Below, in pieces: positions 59,196 to 64,000 of a DNA stretch of 64,000 nt. The DNA is taken from contig OZ252239.1 of the NCBI GenBank assembly GCA_965249485.1, positions 3,456,001 to 3,520,000 of the forward strand, written 5' to 3'. Position 1 is the stretch's first letter. The number at the start of each line of letters is the position of its first letter. A program made the position numbers and the translations under genes. The notes under the pieces were generated by a model. That model searched no databases, was not told where the DNA came from, and saw only the letters and a list, made by a program, of their open reading frames with translations. This stretch comes from a bacterium (GTDB lineage Bacteria; SM23-31).

Positions 59196-60194
59196 ATGAT
59201 TTACAGACCATTGGGATCATCCGGAATCGATGCATCCGTAATCGGATTAGGAGCATGGGCCATGGGGGGATGGCAGTGGGGCGGCACCGATGAACAACAA
59301 TCGATAAATGCTATCCATGCCGCAATTGATGAAGGCATCAATCTCATCGATACGGCCCCGGTGTATGCTTTTGGCTATTCAGAAGAAATTGTTGGAAAAG
59401 CAATAAAAGATAGGCGTGACAAGGGAGTGCTTGCTACCAAATGCGGCCTTGTATGGGATAAGAAAAAAGGAAAACACCATTTTAATTCTGATAAAAACGA
59501 GATACGGGAAGATGCAACCGAAATTGCTGTGTACAAGTATAATGGGGCACAATCAATCCGACAGGAAATTGAAAAGAGTTTAAAACGACTTCATGTCGAC
59601 TACATCGACCTGTATCAGACCCACTGGCAGGAACCGACGACCCCGATCGCAGAGACGATGGGTGAACTGCTTAAACTAAAAGAAGAGGGGAAAATCCGGG
59701 CTATCGGTGTAAGTAATGCGACTGCGGGCGATATGGAAGAATATTTGCAATACGGGATTATCGATACCGATCAGGAGTGTTACAGCATGATAGAATCCAA
59801 TGCCGAAAAAGAAAACCTCCCCTTCTGCGGTAAGCATACTATTTCATTTCTTGCATATTCACCGCTTGCCAAAGGAATCCTCTCCGGGAAAGTCGGGCGG
59901 GACTACACATTCAAAAAAGGCGATCTCCGCAATACGCATCCCCTCTACACACCGACAAACCGCGAATTGGTGCTGAAAATGATCGAGCAACTGCAGCCCA
60001 TTGCAGACGACATGAATATAACAATGGCCCAGCTCTGTATCGCCTGGACAATCAATCGACACAGTTTTACACATGCGCTTGTCGGTATCCGGTCACCCAA
60101 ACAGGCTGTAGAAAGCGCTTTTGTTGGTGAGATTATAATCAATGACACTGATCTCGATATAATGGCACGTGCGATAAAACAATATGAAAACTGA
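59196..60194 (+). CDS. Aldo/keto reductase
   Basis: IGLGAW, IDTAPVY, LATKCG, IDLYQTHW, IGVSN, YSPLAKG. Confidence 0.92.
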   Translation: MIYRPLGSSGIDASVIGLGAWAMGGWQWGGTDEQQSINAIHAAIDEGINLIDTAPVYAFGYSEEIVGKAIKDRRDKGVLATKCGLVWDKKKGKHHFNSDKNEIREDATEIAVYKYNGAQSIRQEIEKSLKRLHVDYIDLYQTHWQEPTTPIAETMGELLKLKEEGKIRAIGVSNATAGDMEEYLQYGIIDTDQECYSMIESNAEKENLPFCGKHTISFLAYSPLAKGILSGKVGRDYTFKKGDLRNTHPLYTPTNRELVLKMIEQLQPIADDMNITMAQLCIAWTINRHSFTHALVGIRSPKQAVESAFVGEIIINDTDLDIMARAIKQYEN

Positions 60195-60297
60195 CCTGCC
60201 AAAACAACAGCCACGTCTGTTGCATAATATAAATTGTGGTTTAATATTAAAACATTTTCTCCGGCAAAAGTTGACAAAATACAATGTCGTACTATGA

Positions 60298-61206
60298 TCA
60301 GAATGGTGAAAGAGCCGGTTCAGTGTCAATAAAGTTATTGTTGGTGAGTCTCATCTGATTGGAGCCGTCGGCGTTCATGATGTAAATTTCTGTAAGTCCA
60401 TCCCTGCCAGAATCAAAAACAATTTTCGAACCATCATGAGCCCATTTAGCATGCCTGTCATCACTTTTGATACTATTTGTCAAATTAGTATTATTTGAGC
60501 CATCCACATTCATCGTATATATATCGAAGTTCCCTTCCCGGTTTGAGGAATATAGTATCTTAGTTCCATCAGGTGAATATAATCCATAAATCTCATCTGA
60601 CGAGAGCATGGTTATATTTTTTAAACCGGAACCATCTTGGAAACTGATCATGTATAGCTCCATATCTCCTTCACCCCCAGGTCCGGAATTTGAATCAAAA
60701 ATAATATTATTACCGTCGGTTGTCCATGATGGATAGCCATCATCCCCAGATAAATTATGAGTTAATCTGGTCTGATCCGAACCATCACTACTCATGACAT
60801 AAATTTGTCCTGTACCATCTTCCCGATTGGAATCGAATGCCAGTTTTGTACCATCGGGAGACCATGCCGGAAAACCGTCTAAATATTCATTATCGGTCAA
60901 ACGTTTTTGATTCGAGCCATCTGCATCCATTACATAAATTTCTCTATTGCCGTCCCGATACGAAACATAGGCAACCTTTGTACCGTCCGGAGACCAACGG
61001 GGTGCACCTTCACGGGCAGTACTGTCGCTCAAGGGTTTTTTATTGGAACCGTCAAGGTCCATACTATAAATTGTGCCGTTCCCAACCGCATCAGCATCAG
61101 CAATATAAAGAATCTTGGATTGCACATGTGCTGAATCGGATACATATTGAGAACATGATAGTACATAGAAGGCAATAAAAACGATAAATACCCATCGATT
61201 ATTCAT
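60298..61206 (-). CDS. TolB-like beta-propeller lipoprotein (PD40 repeats)
   Basis: Lipobox VLSC; repeated PxWSPDG.K.....R.G..EIY.M..DGS....LT. Confidence 0.85.
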   Translation of the reverse strand: MNNRWVFIVFIAFYVLSCSQYVSDSAHVQSKILYIADADAVGNGTIYSMDLDGSNKKPLSDSTAREGAPRWSPDGTKVAYVSYRDGNREIYVMDADGSNQKRLTDNEYLDGFPAWSPDGTKLAFDSNREDGTGQIYVMSSDGSDQTRLTHNLSGDDGYPSWTTDGNNIIFDSNSGPGGEGDMELYMISFQDGSGLKNITMLSSDEIYGLYSPDGTKILYSSNREGNFDIYTMNVDGSNNTNLTNSIKSDDRHAKWAHDGSKIVFDSGRDGLTEIYIMNADGSNQMRLTNNNFIDTEPALSPF

Positions 61207-61239
61207 CCCAAACTCCTAATTTATAGTTCCTCGATTTTT

Positions 61240-62151
61240 TCATTTTAAATATGGTGACCACGAAGGTGCTGCGCCATTTGCGATCTTGGTAAGACCAGTA
61301 CCGTCAATATTGACCGTAAATATTTCAGGATCCACGCCTTCACTTGCGGTAGTAAATACTAGCTGCGCTCCTTCGGGTGACCATGATGAAAATGCATCAC
61401 CGATCGTAACATCGTTGGTAACTTTTATACGGCCAGTACCGTCCATATTCACAATCCATATATCTTTGTCCCCCTCAACGCCTGATGCATAAGCAACTTT
61501 CCTTCCATCGGGGGATACTGACGGCCACTCATCAAGATTGGGACTATCCGTAAGCCGGATCAATCCGGAACCATCGCTGTTCATTGCGTAAATTTCAGGA
61601 TTACCATCTCTTCCTGATTCAAAGGCGAGTTTGGGTACAGAAGGAGACCATGTCGAATACGCATCATTACTCGAACCGGTTGGAAGAAGTGTTTGGCCGG
61701 TACCGTCAATTCTTAACATAATCAATCCTTTGCCTTCTTCTGTTTGTCCGGTATAGTAGATGGTTTGATTATCACTCGTCCAGGCACCATCATTGACACC
61801 CATGGAATTAGGGATTTTTACATTATTCGAACCATCAGGATTTATCATGAAAGCTTCCCATTCTTCACCTTTTCTTCCCGAGTATAGAATTTTTGAACCA
61901 TCCGGCGACCATACCGGCTGTCGTATATTATAAGAAGCTTGAAATTATGGTATCTGATTTGAACCGTCGGGATTCATGATATAAATGTCTGTACCTGCTT
62001 CACCTTGAACAGTATAAATTATTTTAGATGCCGGTTGCTGTGTCTCGGTATCCGACATACCGCCGCAGCCTATTATGAATGGAGTAAGTGCAAATCCAAA
62101 GCATATAATCATGCAGAATCCAATGTGTGATGTTCTGCTAATTCTTAACAT
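61240..62151 (-). pseudogene. TolB-like beta-propeller lipoprotein interrupted by an in-frame TAA
   Basis: Lipobox IIGC; NQIP*FQASYNIRQPVWSPDGSKI continues in frame into 61240..61848; stop at 61945-61947. Confidence 0.8.
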
Positions 62152-62220
62152 ACATTCCTCCTATAACTCAATATGAGTAATTCCTGCAATAATTGCTATA
62201 ATCAATAGTCTGTTGTTAGG

Positions 62221-63108
62221 TTACTGAATAGCCGATGACCACGATGGAAACCGGTCAGCACTATCATGAAACGTTACTCGATTTCTTTCGGAACCATCCC
62301 GGTTCATAGTGTAGATATCCCAATTTCCATCGAGAACCGATTCAAATATGATTTTTGTTCCATCAGGCGACCACCGGGGATGGCAGCTTTCTTGTTTGCC
62401 ATCAGTCAGCACGGATATGCTTGATCCATCTACTGGTATCATTGCTATATTCAACCTGTCCTGCTCAAAGATAATTGCTTCTCCATCAGGCGACCAATCG
62501 GGAAATCCGGTTGCACTCTCAGAGATGAGCACTGGTGTCCTGTCAGAACCTTCCGTGTTAATTGTAATAATATTCTCCGTGACACCATCAGCATTCGACT
62601 CAAAGACTATATGAGCTCCGTCAGGTGACCAGGAAGGTGCGCCATCTTCAGTTTCACTGTCTGTTACCTGTATGAGGCCGCTCCTATCCGGATTCATACG
62701 ATATACCTGATCCGTCCCTGTTAATCGGGAACTGAAGGTGATCTGCAAACCATCAGGTGACCAACGTGGAAAGTCATCATCGACATCGTTATTCGTCAAT
62801 CGTGTTTGACCAGATCCGTCACTTAACATCACATAAATTTCCCAGTTGCCATCCCTGTTTGAACTGAATGCTATACGTGATCCGTCTGGTGCTGCATTTG
62901 GATGTCTATCTTCCCAATAATTGTCCGTTAATCTGTTCTGATCAGAACCGTCACTATTCATTACATAGATTTCAATATTTCCATCACGGTCAGATTCAAA
63001 GACAATGTTGAAATTGTTCGCGAGATCAGAGGAGTTCTTGTCACTTCCGGAACACGAAAATAAACACATAAAAAAGAAAAGATAGAGCTTTTTAAATTGG
63101 ATGTTCAT
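62221..63108 (-). CDS. TolB-like beta-propeller lipoprotein (PD40 repeats)
   Basis: Lipobox LFSC; six WSPDG-type repeats. Confidence 0.85.
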   Translation of the reverse strand: MNIQFKKLYLFFFMCLFSCSGSDKNSSDLANNFNIVFESDRDGNIEIYVMNSDGSDQNRLTDNYWEDRHPNAAPDGSRIAFSSNRDGNWEIYVMLSDGSGQTRLTNNDVDDDFPRWSPDGLQITFSSRLTGTDQVYRMNPDRSGLIQVTDSETEDGAPSWSPDGAHIVFESNADGVTENIITINTEGSDRTPVLISESATGFPDWSPDGEAIIFEQDRLNIAMIPVDGSSISVLTDGKQESCHPRWSPDGTKIIFESVLDGNWDIYTMNRDGSERNRVTFHDSADRFPSWSSAIQ

Positions 63109-63147
63109 TAGTCAATAGTACCAATTAATGTTAGTCATTATTATGAT

Positions 63148-64000
63148 TCAATATGGCGACCACGACGGTTGTATATCATTGGCTTGGTTATTCGTGAGCC
63201 GTAGGGGATTACTACCGTTGGTTTTCATTGTGTATAGTTCATAATTCCCGTCTCTGTTTGACATAAACGCCAACAAGGAATCATCAGGCGACCATGAAAC
63301 ATATCCGTCATCAAAATTATTGTGGGTCAGTCGCGAATGTACCTGTCCATCAACACTTGCAGAAAACAGTTCGTAATTACCATCATTTTTGAAATCTGAA
63401 TCGTAAATAATCGTCCTGCCGTCCCGTGGCCATTTTGGATAACCATCATTATAAGAGTTGTTCGTCAATCTCTGTACATGAGAACCGTCAGGATTCATAA
63501 CATAAATTTCACCATTACCATCTCTCATCGATTCAAAAAGCATACGTGTACCATTCGGAGAATACTGTGGAAAACCTTCCGAAACATCATTATTCGTTAA
63601 ACGGATTTGATTTGAACCATCAGATTTCATACGATAGATTTCAGAATTACCGTCCCGTGTAGATAGAAAAGTAATTGCAGAGCCATCCGGTGACCACGAC
63701 GGCCGTTCATTATTTGTATCTGGTGATGTTAATCGGCTGAGTGTTGTACCATCATCACTGACGCTGTAAATAACTTTTTTATTATTCCATACCGATTCAA
63801 ATGCAATATGAAAATCATCCGGAGACCATATTGGGAATCCGCTATTTACACCTATTGATGTTAGTTGCGTTTGACCGGAACCATCTGTATTCATGACAAA
63901 AACTTCTGTGCTGCCATTCCGGTTCGATTTGAATGCTATTTTTGAGCCGTCATACGACCACTGAGGCCATTCATCATTCGCCGTGTTGAGTGTTAACCGG
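63148..64000 (-). CDS. TolB-like beta-propeller protein, 5' end outside the window
   Basis: Frame is open to the window edge (RLTLNTANDEWPQWSYDGSKIAF...); multiple WSPD repeats. Confidence 0.85.
   Translation of the reverse strand, partial: RLTLNTANDEWPQWSYDGSKIAFKSNRNGSTEVFVMNTDGSGQTQLTSIGVNSGFPIWSPDDFHIAFESVWNNKKVIYSVSDDGTTLSRLTSPDTNNERPSWSPDGSAITFLSTRDGNSEIYRMKSDGSNQIRLTNNDVSEGFPQYSPNGTRMLFESMRDGNGEIYVMNPDGSHVQRLTNNSYNDGYPKWPRDGRTIIYDSDFKNDGNYELFSASVDGQVHSRLTHNNFDDGYVSWSPDDSLLAFMSNRDGNYELYTMKTNGSNPLRLTNNQANDIQPSWSPY

Noticed and set aside
38956..61947. Alternative genetic code with TAA read-through
   Set aside because: TAA terminates most core genes in the window, and the two internal TAAs correspond to different expected residues
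60298..64000. CRISPR or DNA tandem repeat in the repetitive right end
   Set aside because: The repeats are degenerate protein-coding PD40 units, not identical repeats with spacers; no CRISPR array or cas gene was seen anywhere in the window
26858..64000. Intact prophage or ICE at tRNA-Asn
   Set aside because: No integrase, structural or conjugation genes, and no att duplication found

Overview
Bacterial chromosomal window, AT-rich (roughly 40% GC by eye). The short FCB-type sigma-70 with TTGACA-type promoters suggests an FCB-group lineage such as KSB1 or a Calditrichota-like organism; this is inference only. The left part (1-26.9 kb) is intact core genome. It holds an 11-gene complex I-like operon (nuoABCDHIJKLMN, no nuoEFG) followed by a 7Fe ferredoxin, moaA, dxs, a remote FabV/Ter-like protein, a PHP hydrolase, pepA, queG, an atypical proline dehydrogenase, nfo, a Cys/Met PLP enzyme and tRNA-Asn(GTT). 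The right part (26.9-64 kb) is an accessory, partly decaying region. It contains ada between two HTH pseudogenes, displaced copies of khpA and sigma-70, an IstB remnant, decayed attC-like hairpins, three intact and one destroyed secreted M24 peptidase paralogs, and two cadherin-like/EExxH metallopeptidase paralogs, one nested inside the destroyed M24 gene. It also contains an octaheme HAO-family cytochrome with a His-rich membrane partner, a tandem array of TolB-like lipoproteins, and several genes broken by single stops, frameshifts or short deletions. No CRISPR array, rRNA, or intact integrase or transposase was seen. All calls come from motif recognition by eye, not database searches. Many starts were moved from the ORF track to a more plausible ATG.
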